Shown: positions 13,801 through 27,871 of the stretch, piece by piece | Layout of the letters: every line of letters starts with the position of its first letter | Numbering within the stretch: the first letter of the stretch is position 1 | NCBI GenBank assembly: GCA_964304625.1 | Contig: OZ199838.1 | Location: forward strand, 13,287,745-13,351,744 | Length of the DNA stretch: 64,000 nt | Source of the DNA: Kudoa neothunni | Taxonomy: Eukaryota > Animalia > Cnidaria | Direction: 5' to 3' | The notes under the pieces: model-generated | What the model saw: the letters and a program-made list of their open reading frames with translations, nothing else | Databases searched by the model: none | Told to the model about the DNA's origin: nothing | Position numbers and translations under genes: made by a program

Positions 13801-14843
13801 AGGAGGTCAAAAGATATACCCGTCGTATTTCTTAAATGTCATTGCCGAATTATAACTGTAATGATGTTTATGTATAAAATAAGAAGAATTATATTGTAAT
13901 ACATACGAAATATTTAATTCCGACAAAATTAACAATTCAGTGAGAATTTCGATCATATTGGAGAAAATATCTAATATAGGGTTTAGGGGTCAAACTTGGC
14001 GCTTTGCAATCTAATCAAACACATTCGTTTAATAACCCAAAAAATAGGTTTTTATGTCCAAACCCATAATTGTTATGATCACTGTCATTTATTCTAATAT
14101 TACCCCTCTTCGAGAAGACCTTGTGATATAGCCAAGCATTTTTCGGTAGAACCCATCATAATGTGTGTTATTTTGGCGAAACACTCAGCAATAGCTAATT
14201 TTAGCTTTTTTTGTGTTTACATTGCCTCCTTATAACTAAGTTTTCCGAATAAAACGAATGTTTTCAATAGGATTGAGAATTTTTTAATATGCAAGCGTGC
14301 CGAAGTCTTGGAGTTGGATACTCCCTCACTATCTAAAATACATTATCTAAAATAGAATGGTGTACCCTAATAATAGTCATAGCTGTATTATTTAGCGTGT
14401 TTGCTACCAGTTACTCATTGTTATTGTTAAAGTTGTTCTCAATAAATTCCATAGGACGGATCGCTTATTGTATGGAACAAACTCCAAAATGGCAACTGGG
14501 ATGCCCAACTTTTACACAAATTTAACGAAACTGTATACAGTGTTAGTTGGTCTACTAACGCTCGTACACTTGCTGTGTCGTCGGGTGCCAATAATGTAAG
14601 TTTACATGGCACAGGATTATTCTAAACTAATTTTCGCTATTTTATATTGTTAAGGTTTCATTGTGGAAACGTAGAATGGATAATACGTGGATATGTGTAA
14701 GCAAAACGAATGTGGGAGGAGATAACAACCACGTTGCACAACCTCAATTAACGCAACAGATACAACCAACTGAATCAGAACAAACAACCAATCAATATAC
14801 ACACGTGATGGAGACGTCCCAACACTTAGCATCGAAACAATGA
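10814..14843 (+). CDS. SEC13: Protein SEC13 homolog (WD40; COPII, nucleoporin, GATOR2), about 12 exons
   Basis: Spliced translation [34 protein letters not shown]...[34 protein letters not shown]...[12 protein letters not shown]...IASGSQDG...VSWS...NNVSLWK. All introns are GT-AG. The motifs match SEC13 better than SEH1. Confidence 0.93.
11835..12472 (+). mobile_element. hAT (Buster/Charlie-like) MITE, copy 1, inside a SEC13 intron
   Basis: TIRs CAGGGGTTCTCAACC / GGTTGAGGAACCCTG. Perfect 8-bp TSD TTCTAAAT (11827-11834, 12473-12480). Confidence 0.93.
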
Positions 14844-17005
14844 GTTTAGCTATAAAATGTAATAGTTCTGATGCGTTGTAATTTTTCTGTGCGCACATGG
14901 TCGATTACATCACTCTTCACTCAATATATGGTTTACAACTGAATGGCGTCTTTTTCTGTATGAAACAAGAAGAACACCGCCTAAAAATAATCAATTTTAT
15001 TAAATTAAATTGAAATTTAATATAAGATACCTTCGTCTGATGTTGAATCCATGAAACAAAGCACACTTAGTAGGATGGCAGCAACTAAATGTACATTTAG
15101 AAAAGTTTAAAATAAGCGTTAGCGTTTGTGTAGAACTTTTAGTAGCAAAATAAAGTTTTACTTTTTAAATAAATCACAAATACTTAGATATTTATATATG
15201 GAATATTGAATATAAAATTTTTCAAAAAAGGGAACAACGTATGTAGTATTTGCGAAAATATCAGCATAAATAATCCGACTAAATTATTAAATTCATTACA
15301 AAATTAAAAATATGACATTTGGTTGGATAATCGATTTAAGTGGTAAACTTTAAGTTTACAGAAAAAAATTATAAGAAAATTAAGCATTGAACTTTTGTTC
15401 ATTAGCGTTGTTTCACCAAATAATTTCGTGATAATATTGTTATGTTAGTTATAAATTTAATAATTTACTAAATACACAGGAAATATTAACATTAATTAAA
15501 GGTAAAATTATATTAAGAACCACATAATTTATAAACATGAGTTATTACGGCAATTTACACCCAAAAAATATTTACTATTTTTGTTGTAAAAATAATCCTT
15601 TTGAATAAACTAATCAAAATTTATTTATTTTATTTAATAACAAGGATATCTCGGTGGTGGTTTGCCGTGACGCCAAGGTCGAAAATATTTGAAAAGGTAA
15701 GAATATATTAAATATTGACTTACAATTTTATTGCTTATAAATGACTTGCTAGTTATAACGTACGTTATGATATTAGATGTACTGAAAATTTCATAGAAAA
15801 CTCCGATTGAAGATTTGAACATTTCCCAACCTATTAATACTTAAGTTAGGAGCGTGGATTTTTACATCGGAGTGGCAAATTTTAATTTTATTCAGTTCGG
15901 ATATGACATCAATCCGTATTCGATTTTTATAGAATTTAAATATTAATTAACATTTGCGCTTGCGCAAAGATGACATCAAATTATTTATTGTCGGGTGTCG
16001 TTAGAAGCACAAAAAATTAAATCTTCGCAATTTTTGCTCAAACTTAAGTTTATACTTTGGCATTATTTTGATATTGATACAAAAACTGACATAAGAATAA
16101 TTTATTAGACTCCATTTTCAACATGATTATAAATTATAAAAATAATCTAAAAGATTAACAAAATATTCATTTAATGGTTTTTAGTAAATTCATTTATATT
16201 TTCACGTTTGCAAGAAAATAGCCGAAAATGGTACAATTTAAAATTAAAGGATTAAGATTAGTGATTTTCTCATCTTTTGCATAATAAAATTTTGATAAAC
16301 AGCCATAAAAATGAAAATTTTAGTCTAGAATAAATAGTAATCAGGCATTTATCTCTGATGAGTGCTTGCAGATTTCAAGTTGACCAATGGATCGTGCAAT
16401 TGATATTTGAAAAATGCAATTTAAATTTATAAATATTGGTATAATAATCAAAGATGACTTTATTCTTGGGAACATTTTGTCTCCAATGAGTCATATCTCG
16501 ATAAACATGCTAATATAACAATTGTAAAATTATATTTGTATAGATTATTAATTCATCATACACGCATTTAAAAATAAAATCTAGTAAGCTCAATTAATTT
16601 TATTGATAAATAGGAATAACGACAAAAAATACAAATTTAATTAGTTTACCTATAAAATAATTTGAGGACTGAGCTTTTACTAATGCCATAATTTGGATGG
16701 TTAATTTAAGCAAGATTTTATAATTAATTTCTAAGCTGAAAACTTGACAAAGTTCTTCAATTGAATTTAATAAATAACTGTTTTAAAAATAAAAAAAATA
16801 TTTGATTAATCCAAATATATTCAAAAACTTATTTAAGCGCATATTTTGTTAAAAATCATTAAGATATGATAAACATGTGATAATGCCTAAAAATACAATC
16901 ATTCGATATTCTTGCCTTGTGGGCATGCGTTTCTTTATTGCCATGAATTTGTTATTGGTGTCACTATTTCCTCATTTAGCGTATAAATACATTTATTCAT
17001 TAATA

Positions 17006-17702
17006 CAGTAACTTATGGGTCGCTCGCAATTATGGCCTGTGCGTAATGGATTTTCTTCTCATTTTTACGAAGATTATGGCGTGTGCGTCAACGGGCGAGA
17101 GAAAAATTCTATCTCTATTCCAAAAGTCGAACTAATGAAATATTATCAAAAAGTAGCGGGTAAATCCACCGCTAAATTTGGAACAATGAAGATGTTTGAT
17201 GAAAAGGCCAGATCTGCCATGAATACTATTTTAAACACACATTAGTTATTTTAACGCTATAGCGATTTTACTGCTCCAAATTAAGAAAAACTCGCAAAGG
17301 GAGAAAATGTGAAAATTGATCTACCATTGAGATTGAAATAGTGGATTGAATTGATGAGAGAAAAAAATAGAGGATTCTTAGTAAGTTTCTATCATTTAAG
17401 CTAGCGAATTCCATATGATGTATCGCAATCAACACCTACTTCTATTAATTGGTTTATGCCTTCATAAAAAGATTTATCCTTTCGCATAATACATTTTTTA
17501 ATCTTCAAATTATCAATCGTATTCCATTAAAAATTACCTCAAATATTAAGCTACATAAATATGCCGATTTGTCAAATTATAACGCAATTTTTTAAATTTT
17601 TGTTTATTTTCGCGTGCGCAAAGTTATGTGTCGTATTTAATGATGGCTCGTGCGTAATGATTTTGATTACCCTTTTGGTTACGCACAAGCCATAAGTCAC
17701 CG
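17006..17702 (+). mobile_element. Internally deleted pogo/Tigger element, same family as 38016-42202
   Basis: TIRs CAGTAACTTATGGGTCG / GCCATAAGTCACCG with TA TSDs. Remnant N-terminal peptide (KVELMKYYQK..., WIELMREKN) matches the 38.3-kb transposase. Confidence 0.88.
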
Positions 17703-18499
17703 TAATAAGGATGGAGAATATTGAACTTTCGTTTATATATTTTTTTTAAATCGCAAAATCAACCATAAAATAAATTTAATTTCAATACATGTAAACCAAA
17801 TTATTGAAAATAACATAAAATACAACTAAAAATTACTTTACAATACATTACGATATACACTTTGAATATTTTAATCGCATTGTATTATCAAAATTAGTTT
17901 AATACGTTTGTTGAAAATTTCCGTTAAAATTACCCCAGTACAACATTTTGAATGTCAATATACATTATTTAAAATTAATAAATTAAACTTTGCTCTATTT
18001 TATCACCATTATTATATAATAATTAACATAGATATTATAATCTCATTTTATATTTTGTCGAAAGTTGAAAGTTGAAAGAAAACTAAGAGTACGTTTGTTG
18101 CTTAATATCATTTTATGCGTAAATATTGATTGACTGTATCTAGTAGGTTTAACAACAAAATTGATGATTTGTCTTCGTAACAAGTATAGATAAAAAATTA
18201 AATATAGTGGACGACGGGTAATACGCAGTACGGCTAGTACGCACTTTTGCTTGTTCATATAGAATTTACAACTTGTTGAACATGTTACTTAAGTCGGCGT
18301 TTATAAACTTAATTTAATGATGTTTTTTATACCTGAAACATAATTTTCAAACGAAAAACAAAAAAATATTGTAACTTAAGGGCATTGTTGCGTAATACGC
18401 ACCCCTTTCCCTGAAATTAATATTAAAATCGCGCGCAGATACTGTTTGATTTGTATGTATGGTTGACAAAAACCTTCATGATATGATTATAATAAATGA

Positions 18500-19394
18500 A
18501 AAATAGTATTAATTAAAATTTTTGAAGTCAATATCAAAAAAATAAAAACCACGCCATTAAAAATTTTCTTGTATTCATATTATGTTTAAATAATATTCCT
18601 ACCCAAGAAATTACAAATTAGGGAATTAGATGAATGTAGAGTTCTAAACATTAAAGAACAGAACAAGCGACAAATTTGATAAAAAAATTACGAACGGATT
18701 ACTTAAATAAGTTCGAATATTTTAGAGTTATTTATCTGGAAATTATTTTTAAAAAGAATGAAATTGTGACGAAAATTTTGAAAAATGTCTATGATGTTAG
18801 CTATGGATGGTTTTAAATTTTCAAATAAAGGTCAATCTTCGTATATTTAAATTTTGTAGACGTACGTAAATCGTTGATGAATGTACATTTAAAAATAACT
18901 CTAAAAAATTATTATTCAATCTTGACGCAATTCTCTTTACAGAAAATATTAAAGTTGAGAAAGGGGCCATTTCGGTTGAACATGACGATATTCAACCACT
19001 TAAAACATTATCGAAGCATCACTTTAAAAATAACAGATACCGAAACAAAGACGATAAAAAAACTAACAAAATATCCCCAGTTATCCAAGAGACATCAGCA
19101 AATCCTATTAAGAAATAGATGACGAAGAAATATCTAAATCACAAAATCCGTTTAAACCGCCTCAAGTATATAAAAAATTATTCAACAAAAATAGTTCTAT
19201 TTATTCCTAAAAGTAAGCTTAAAAAATTAAAAGAAAATTTTTTAACATATATGTAGAGTGTGAGGTACAAACGAAAATAACCGATATTCCCTAAAGTAAA
19301 TTATTACAATAATAACCCAACAATAATTGGATCTTGACTAATTTGCACTTTTTCTCCGGTCCCCAAGGGATTACGTTTTACCCGTCACCGCTGT
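18500..19394 (+). mobile_element. Highly degraded pogo/Tigger remnant with right end
   Basis: Ends GGTCCCCAAGGGATTACG...CGCTG|TA, similar to the right end at 56595. Fragment ASYGWF resembles the CENP-B HTH motif ASxGWF. Left boundary unclear. Confidence 0.5.
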
Positions 19395-19559
19395 ATAATA
19401 CTTTCCTAATATTTTAAGTACGTGACAATTTATACAATTAAAACAGAGTGATACTTTGTTTTTTTATTCGAACTAAAATATTTTTAAACTAATAAAGTCT
19501 AAATGTCATCTAATTATTTAATAATTCCCTGATGCTAGCGCAATATAAAAAAATGTGGC

Positions 19560-21905
19560 GTTCTTAATCTGATTTCATTTGGGGGTGAAGATTTGTATTT
19601 ACTGAAGAATGCGCCATCTTCATATTAATGATCTATTTCTGAACAAACTTGTTTAAAAAAATTATAGAAGGAGCGTTTAATATTTAGACTACTGATTAAA
19701 TTAAATTTGATTGCCCACTAGTGTATAATCTTGAGTAAAAATTATCGGCGTAGGCGCAAAAGCAAATAACACATCTACTTCAACGCAAATTAAAAGAAAG
19801 CAAATACCTGAAAGGATGGAAATAAGAAAAGTGACAAATGAGGCCATTCCAAATTTCTCCGCAATCAGCCCAGAAATAATAGGAACAAATATGAGGAAAA
19901 CATTTTGCATCGCCTGCACTCTAAAAAACAAATTAACGACCGCAGATCGGTCAATTAAGACTACAGTCCGTAAGCAGTGCCAAGTCTTGATTTAGGCACA
20001 ATATATGAAACCATTGGCCACATAATAACATTTCTTATTGAAGAGGTAAGTCCATATGGTATCTTGATGATAAAGTGAAAGCTGTTTTCAACGAGTAGTA
20101 AGTAGTAACGGAAAAATTACAATAATTGAAAATATAGGAGGAAAAGCGAAAATCAATGTGGTGTAGCAAACCGCAGCCATAAAAAAAACTCCATATACTA
20201 TGTAGAATTATTGAGGTGACGAGAAAATTAAGTTCTTACGTATGGCACCATCATATCCAATGTAACTGCTTGTAGCACCAAGCACTGGAGACACCACAAT
20301 TGCGACAATAATATAATATCTAAAAATTAGATTTTAACAGGTTTTCAACAAACAGTATTAATAAAAGTTTTAAGAAGAATCTTATGAGGCTTATAACATT
20401 GTTAAAAGAGATATTCGTTGGTGCAGAATCAAGAAAATTTAGTTCGAAATTACCCCTGTATTTTCGAGGCAAACGTGGGAGTGAACAAATACTTTTCAAC
20501 ATAGAGCGTTCTTGTGGTAATTAGAGTTATTAACTCAGTAGAAAAATCTCACAATGAAAGACTGTTATAATTGGTTGTGGCTGAGTAAGACAAAGCACAA
20601 ATGACGCAAATTAACCATAATTTGAACTGGCCATTCCAACAATATGCTTCCAATGGAACTCTTCGCAATTACTATCTACAAAAATACATGTAACTTGATA
20701 AAAAAAAAATAAAATATACCATTATGATCATGTGAAATTGATGAAATCTTTGATGAGGAATAAAAATGATCCACCACACCCAGCACAATAGCGCAGATAG
20801 TAGATAAAACGCAAAGTAATAAGCCTAAATCAAACTTACATTGTTAAAGCACAGGTGGAAAGATTACCAAATCCAAAAGTCACTCCAAGTATCTCACTGT
20901 TGGATAGTGTTGGGTAATTGATGGAAATGTGATTATATAAATCGTGCATATAAAACATATTTATGAATTCAGCCTACAACATTAACGTCATATAGCTAGA
21001 TTACACAAGCTGACCACATAGCCAACATGTATCCACTTACAAATTTACAAAACAGCTGTAAACAACTGAAAAACATCACCATAGACTTTCCCTTCAAATA
21101 AGTGCCGCCATATTTATTAATGCAAACTTGAACGGACTCTGAGGACAATCTAATGCGAAATATAAACAACGGTTTTTTTCAGGTTATATTTAGGTAGGCT
21201 ACCCAAAAATAACCCTTCCAAGTATCATCAACCAAAATCTTTTCGCATAGCAACCAAGCATAAAAACACCTTGTCCAACACAGACACAAAATGTGAACAA
21301 TGTTAACGATAAACTATTTGGAGAATAAATCTCAATATTAATCACTCTCACATAGATACCCTAATCCTATAAAATAGTCTACAATCAAACCACTGCCAAC
21401 AGCCATAAAAACATTGGGAATAGCAGTGAATGAAAGTAATAGATCATATTTTACCGGTGTAATATTGATTATCTGAATGAAAATAATATCACCAGTTTTG
21501 AGATCAATTGTAATACACTCATAATTTCAGTTTGCATCGAATAAGGGCTATCCTGACAGAAGTTTAAACCTAAGCAATTAATAAAGTTGCATTCACGTTT
21601 TCAAACAGTAGATTCTCTTACCAAAACCCTGATACACATGCCAACACTATGACTATCATTTGAAGACATAACGAAGACCCTGTTTTACCTACCAAATTGT
21701 TACATGGAACATTTTCTTCCCTCTGTTCAGACGGAGGTTTGTCTATAGTAGAGACTCCCTCAATGTTCGTATCACTTGTTCTACAATATAGCAATGTATA
21801 ATTCTGTATTGAATTTGATGAAAAACAAATAAATCAATATTAAAAATTGACAGATGTTCAAAACAATTAACATCAAGTGAAAAATCGACTATAAACCTAC
21901 TTCAT
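19560..21905 (-). CDS. MFSD1: MFSD1-like major facilitator superfamily transporter, about 14 exons; one apparent frameshift near 20625; 3' end approximate
   Basis: Spliced translation includes GFGLNFCQDSPYSMQ, YDLLLSFTAIPNVFM, FWLMILGRVIFGLSSES, LWLICVICALSY and MWPMVSYIVPKSRLGTAYGLVQAMQN, which is collinear with MFSD1 (LWPMVAFVVPEHQLGTAYG). Confidence 0.85.
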
Positions 21906-22899
21906 TATTTACAATGACAAACGAGTAATCCCTTACGGAGGTTAATCTTATAAATTCTTATAATTTAATACGAATAAGCAGATAACAACAAACAGTTAGG
22001 ATCAAATAGGGTTAAATCAATTGTTTATATTTTCTTCCTTATATTGTGGCATTGATTATTAATCGTGAAAATCTTTAAAAATATATTGTCTAATTACATC
22101 ATCCCTCTTGATAAAAACATGATTATCATAAGCGTGACTGGGACACTCATTCAACTCGTCTTCAGTAAGCTCAAAAGATCTTTTTTTCGTGTTCTTTGCA
22201 CATAAGTTTCACTCAAGTATTTTGCTAGTTATATTCCATCAACTAAATAGCCCATTTAAACGCTTTTACGATAGGGCCTAACTACGGCATGCAAAGAAGT
22301 TGAGTTGCATTTCAAACGGCTTATCAATCGCAACATCCATAGTAAACAGCTTTCTCTGCTACAAGGATTTTTAGGATTAAATACGCAAAGTATGGGAAGA
22401 TAATAACGTTTTAATTCTAATTAAAATAAATAGTAGGTAATTTGTAAAATACCTAGTTTTATAGTGAAATCATATGTTTTTTCCGTAAATTTTCCCATTT
22501 ACGTTAACGAGTAGGCGCCACAAAAAATAATCCACTTTATGGAATAGCTACAGTCGTGACTCGACACTGTTTAACTTAATAAAAATTAGCATTATACATT
22601 TTAATTAACAAAATTAAACACATAAATCATATTCTATATGATTAATTGGGTTATTATGCAAAGAAATTATTATTTTGAACGGGCGGATATACAACAAAAT
22701 AGGAAAAGTCTTGCGTCTCGCTATTGCGTAACTCACTTTTCCTCATTTTAATCTCTTTAATCCACTGGGTTGCAGTATCGTAAACTTGATAAGATCTCAA
22801 AGAACTATAAAGGATAAAATTAAAATAGGTGATTATTATAATTCTCCTAAGTCCATAGCTGGTGCTAAAGCTATGACTGTAAAACATTTCGGTTTACCA

Positions 22900-23960
22900 A
22901 ATGATTTTAACTGAAATATTTTTTGGTAATTTAAAATAGGCGTTTCTACTCTTGATAGAATCTTGACAAAACAAGATGAAATCACAAATTCATGTATTGC
23001 AATATCTAGAAAAAGATTTAAACCTGGAAAACCTGAAGGTCTTGAAAATAACCTTTACAACTGGATAATGTCAATGCGAGATAAAAATAAACTATTATCT
23101 GGGTTAATAATTATCGAAAAAGTTTTTATTATTGCCAATGATATTGGAATCAACAATTTTAATGGAGGAAGGGGATTGTTTAATAATTTCAGGATGCGTT
23201 ATGGTACGAAAAGTTCTAAATTACATGGAGAAGCTGGAAGTGTTGACATTAAATGTATTTATGAATGGATGGGAAAGTCGTCGGGGATTTTGTCAAGATA
23301 CAGCCCAGAAAACATATTAAATTTGGGTGAGACAGGTCTTTATTATGAACATCTGATACAACGTGCATACATTACTAAAAATGAACAAAATGTAAAGGGT
23401 GTAAAACAATCCAAAAAGTGTTACGGTTTTGGTCACTGTTTCAGTGGACATGAGAAAAAATTCCCATTACATGTAATAGGAAAATTTAAGAAACCTCGCT
23501 TTTTTTAAGGGAATCAAAGAGTTTCCAGTTGAATATCATTAACAAGCGAATGGCTGGATGTCCTCCCATATATTTTTTCAGATCCTGGAAGAGATGAACC
23601 ATAATCTCATTAAAGAAAACAGAAAGGTTTTAATTTTATTGAATCAATGCCAATCTCATCCAAAATCTATCGATAATTTTGAAAACATCGAGCTCCTATT
23701 TCTGCCGAAAAACACTATCAGTGAGTGTGATGCAACCAATGGATCTGGGAATAATCCACAGTTTTAAAATCAAATAATAGAAAATTATTATGCAAATATA
23801 TTATACTTGAAGAGGATGACCCAGATAGATTTAAATATATTGTACTCGATTGTTTAAATACTCTAAAATTGGCTTGGGAAATGGTTACGGTATCAACTAT
23901 TGGTAATTGTTTTAATAAGTCGCCTATTTTCAAAAGTATATTATCGATTATTTCTTTTAT
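22900..23960 (+). mobile_element. pogo/Tigger transposase pseudogene (CENP-B HTH plus DDE_1)
   Basis: LENNLYNWIMSMR, KLHGEAGSV, YSPENILNLGETGL, VIGKFKKPR, RKVLILLNQCQSHP and FLPKNT...QPMDLGII, broken by stops and frameshifts. Confidence 0.9.
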
Positions 23961-26179
23961 TTTTATTGAAAAATTAAGATGAGCAAATTTTAATGGAATG
24001 CGAGGACGAAAATAAATAATTTTGACTTCTATTAATACGAGCGTGCTCCAAGAAACGTTTTTAATTTTGTGGCAAGTGCTCATTTATTTTAAAGGGCGGC
24101 ATATTTGTATAATTTGAAAATTTAAAACAGTAAGAAAGTAAATTCTTAAGCGCAATGAGTTAGAAATATTGTATTAGACTGATTGTGATGCAATTTTTGT
24201 GCTCAAATAAAACTTTTTAAATAAACAGTTAATATTTTAAATAGATAATATATTATTTTTTCATAGATTTTTTTCTAGAAAAAGCAATGACTGTTAGTCT
24301 AGATTCTTTAGGTCGTCCTATTGCTTTCACTCTCGATGAGAATGATAACTTTAACCAATATTTATTAAGATTTTATTTCAAGTATCAGTTGTTTTTTCGC
24401 ATTATTTTGTGCTAAATTCTTTTGAAATATTTGTATTACACAAAGTTTTCAGGTAAAAGTTGGTATTTGGAGAGACAATTCTCAAAAATTCCCTTACTTT
24501 ATGTTCTAAACCTTAACAACGATACATGATTTTTCATACAAAATGCATGCATAAGTTATGCGAAATTCTCAAATAGGATCGTTAGTAGCAGTTAAATACA
24601 AGCGTGCATTAATATGAATACAAATTGTAGAATTTATCCGAAATATTTGAATTTACAATCACCGCGAGTTCAAAAGTATATTTATTGCCTCCATTAGCAC
24701 AAATTTTCAACAAAATTGAAAGGTTAGTCGCATTAGGTGATCAACCAAAAATAATCAAGTAACAACATTATTGTCATTTTTATAGGTTAACATCACAATA
24801 ACAATTGTGAGTTAACATATTGATAGTCGTAAATACATTCTATGTTGGGTATTCCTCTTGTTTTCACATTGTGTAGGGGATTTCACTGTGATATTTTTAC
24901 TCGTTTCATAGCATAACATTTTTTGTACACGCTTTCTGTTAGATCCAAATGATATAAATTCAAAAAGATGATAATCTGAGAAATCGACTTTCTGTTGGTG
25001 AGATAGAAATTTGGATATCGAAGCATTACAAAGAAGATCATGCACCTCATTTAAGAATATGATTATGTAAAATTTTTTCTAGAGTTATTAGCTCAAAAAG
25101 TAATGCTAGAGAGGCAGTTACCTCATTATGTTGACGATTTTTCTTACCTTTAGGTTTTCTTTTTTATAGAGAGTCGAAAATAATACAAAAGTTATTTTGT
25201 AGTAAATTAAAGCTTCATTAAATTATTTTAGAATTTTTGATTGGGAAATTTGGATTTTGGATATTTTGCAAGTCCTCCATTTTTAATTTGCAGGAAAAGA
25301 GATGTTCATAACGATAAATATGACTTTTTAGTGAGTTATATAAGTCAGCTTTCAATCCAGGAGAGGATTCCATCGTACAAATGACGATACAGTGAAAACT
25401 TAGATTCCCACACGGGTTACTGTAATGAGGGATTCAACTCGTATTTCCTTCTATTGTGGGCATTAATTTTAGATAACGAACTAGAGTAAAATTTAAGTTT
25501 TTTTTTAATTTTTATGTTAATAAAACTAATAAATTGTCTATATTTGTAGAAATAACATGTAAGAAGATAGAATTATGCTTACCGCTATTTAAATGTGAAC
25601 TGTGAGCTTTCATATTTATTTTAACTATAAAATTAAACATTACTTTAAATATATTTACTTTAAAAATTTACTGAATTCACTACATAGAATGCTCTAATCG
25701 TTTTCCATGAATAGCGGTAATACTTAATATACTTTTTAGATACGTAATAATGGAAATATACATAACAAATGCAATTATTTCATTTTATAAAAACATAGTT
25801 AAGCATATTTTAACAGATTACATTGGCTGAGTTAGATTAAACATATTAGGTACAATCAGAGGTAACAGGGTGGATGTTTTTTATACATAAAACACAATGT
25901 TTGGAATTTGGTTTTTTAGTTAAAGAAACCTTTATTAATAAAAATATCTATTTAACATTACTAGTAACAAAATATAAAACACGAAATTTATAGTCACGAT
26001 ATTAGAAATTTCAGTAGATCCAATTTTCTCCAAAACATTTAGTTTTGTTAGGTCAAAAATCATTAATTACAAATGCGAAATTCAAATTTTGACTGAATTC
26101 TTAGATTTGGAGTTATTCCCTCCCATAGCAGTAGACAACCCCCCACACGCGGATTATACGGATCCATAGCAATAGCCAA

Positions 26180-26716
26180 TGCCTTCATATTTACTTTAAG
26201 GTTTTATACTGGTTTAGCTATTGCAGAGAGTATGTGAGGGGTAAATTTTGATCATGACAGGCATGTACGCTGACATAATGACAATTTTTAATCTCATCAA
26301 CTCTTACTCACAAGCTGTCTGCAGATTTGTTTTTCTTTGATTTTGCTACATTAAACTAATTCTGACCTATTCCTTCACTTTAGAGGTCAGAAATAAATAA
26401 AAAAAGTCAAAAACTAATGACATCTAAATATTATTTAGCATGCAAATAGCCACTTTAAGTATTATTATGATGAGGCTACATCACTAAAACATAAACGAGC
26501 CATTTAAGAAAGAGGACCGATTGTAGTTTTATCAACAGTAATTAAATATTAATTTCTAAAAACATTTTAAGCATTTCTGTTAACTTTTTATTGAGTTTAA
26601 TAGCCCTGAATAATATAATTCCTCGGCAATTCTTAAGTAGGTCTCACAAACCCCTTTATGCAAAAATTTTCTCCTATCAAATTATCACTGAATTTACCCC
26701 CGGTTGAGAACCCCTG
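26180..26716 (-). mobile_element. hAT MITE copy 2 (one end lost)
   Basis: Ends GGTTGAGAACCCCTG followed by ATTTAGAG. The body aligns by eye with 60530-61059 and, inverted, with 11835-12400. Confidence 0.85.
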
Positions 26717-26859
26717 ATTTAGAGCATTGAATCAAACGTTTCCATCATTATGTGATGAAACATGTTAATAAATTTTCAACAAATATTATTTGAATCTTTA
26801 ATTAAAAACAAGGCTGTTCGTGATAAACAGGTTCGCATAAAATAGCTATTTTTTACAAG

Positions 26860-27410
26860 GTCAAACCCCTGGCACAACTTCTTAGGTTGTAGAGTTCAGA
26901 CTGGTTAGGCCTGCTCCATTTACAATGTAGACACCGAAGCGTCATATTAAGGCGACTTACGTTTATGCGGTAATGTGGGATTTTAACTCACTAAACATCC
27001 TGGATTCGGGGCAACCTCCATCTCAACCATACCCTGGACTAACCCAGAATTAGTCTGAGAAAATCGTCTGAATGTGGGTGTCGGCTCTATGGAAACCCCC
27101 TTACTGGGTTTAATTTCGATCCCGTACCCCGGCGTTTATGAGCGCCCGAGTTCTACCCTTCCGCCAGGCTCCCCTCCCAGCTGCAAGCAAAACCACGATA
27201 AATCGTAGATCCTTGCGATTACTAGATCTTTCCTACTTAATTTCGGATTAGGAATACAGGAACGCCCGGAATAGACCTCGAATTCGCAACAATGCGGTAT
27301 ACAAGTCACACCTAACACCACTATGTCATATTGTCCAAGCCCGTTACATAAAATAGCCAAATCACGTGGATTTGTCATCAATCTCACACAAGCAAGGTAT
27401 TGAATACCAT
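26860..27410 (-). mobile_element. Possible non-LTR retrotransposon fragment (APE/EEP endonuclease N-terminus plus a GC-richer UTR-like segment)
   Basis: Minus-strand peptide CVRLMTNPRDLAILCNGLGQYDIVVLGV...FEVYSG resembles the RTE-type N-terminal pattern NVRT...LA.L..EL..Y.IDVLGL.E...YSG. GC content is clearly above the flanks. Confidence 0.4.
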
Positions 27411-27871
27411 AACTTACTATTACATATGTGCAACCGCTAATTAAATTGCCGTATTAATTTAACTATAACACGAAAATTTTTTATCAACAAAAAATCTCAA
27501 TGTTTGGGTGCGTTATACACGAATAAATGCGATAAATATGGTTTTATCGGTGTGTGATCATTTTTACAATTAATATAGCTCACATCAACTTTGAACTGCT
27601 TTTATAATTATTTTTGAATAATTGATTTGTTGGCGCGCAAGTGCAAAATGGAAAGTGCTAGATAGACTACGTATTGTAGTGTGACATTATACGACGTTAC
27701 ATTAAAATTAAACAGGTTTTTCAACTATTCAAATCCAACAGATAACTAAATATACTTCAAATACTTAGGATATATAACTGCTATTGATTAGAAACAATAA
27801 TTTCCTCGGCTACATTGACTCAACGAAGCATAAAATAAAGTCTCTATCCATACAAAAAAGTTAACAAAATG

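Noticed and set aside
13614-14370. 11-bp direct repeat GTGTACCCTAA in a SEC13 intron as a possible TSD
   Set aside because: No terminal inverted repeats or coding remnant could be recognised between the copies.
16355-16390. Hammerhead ribozyme core CTGATGAG
   Set aside because: There is no GAAA after the small stem and no flanking stems I and III.
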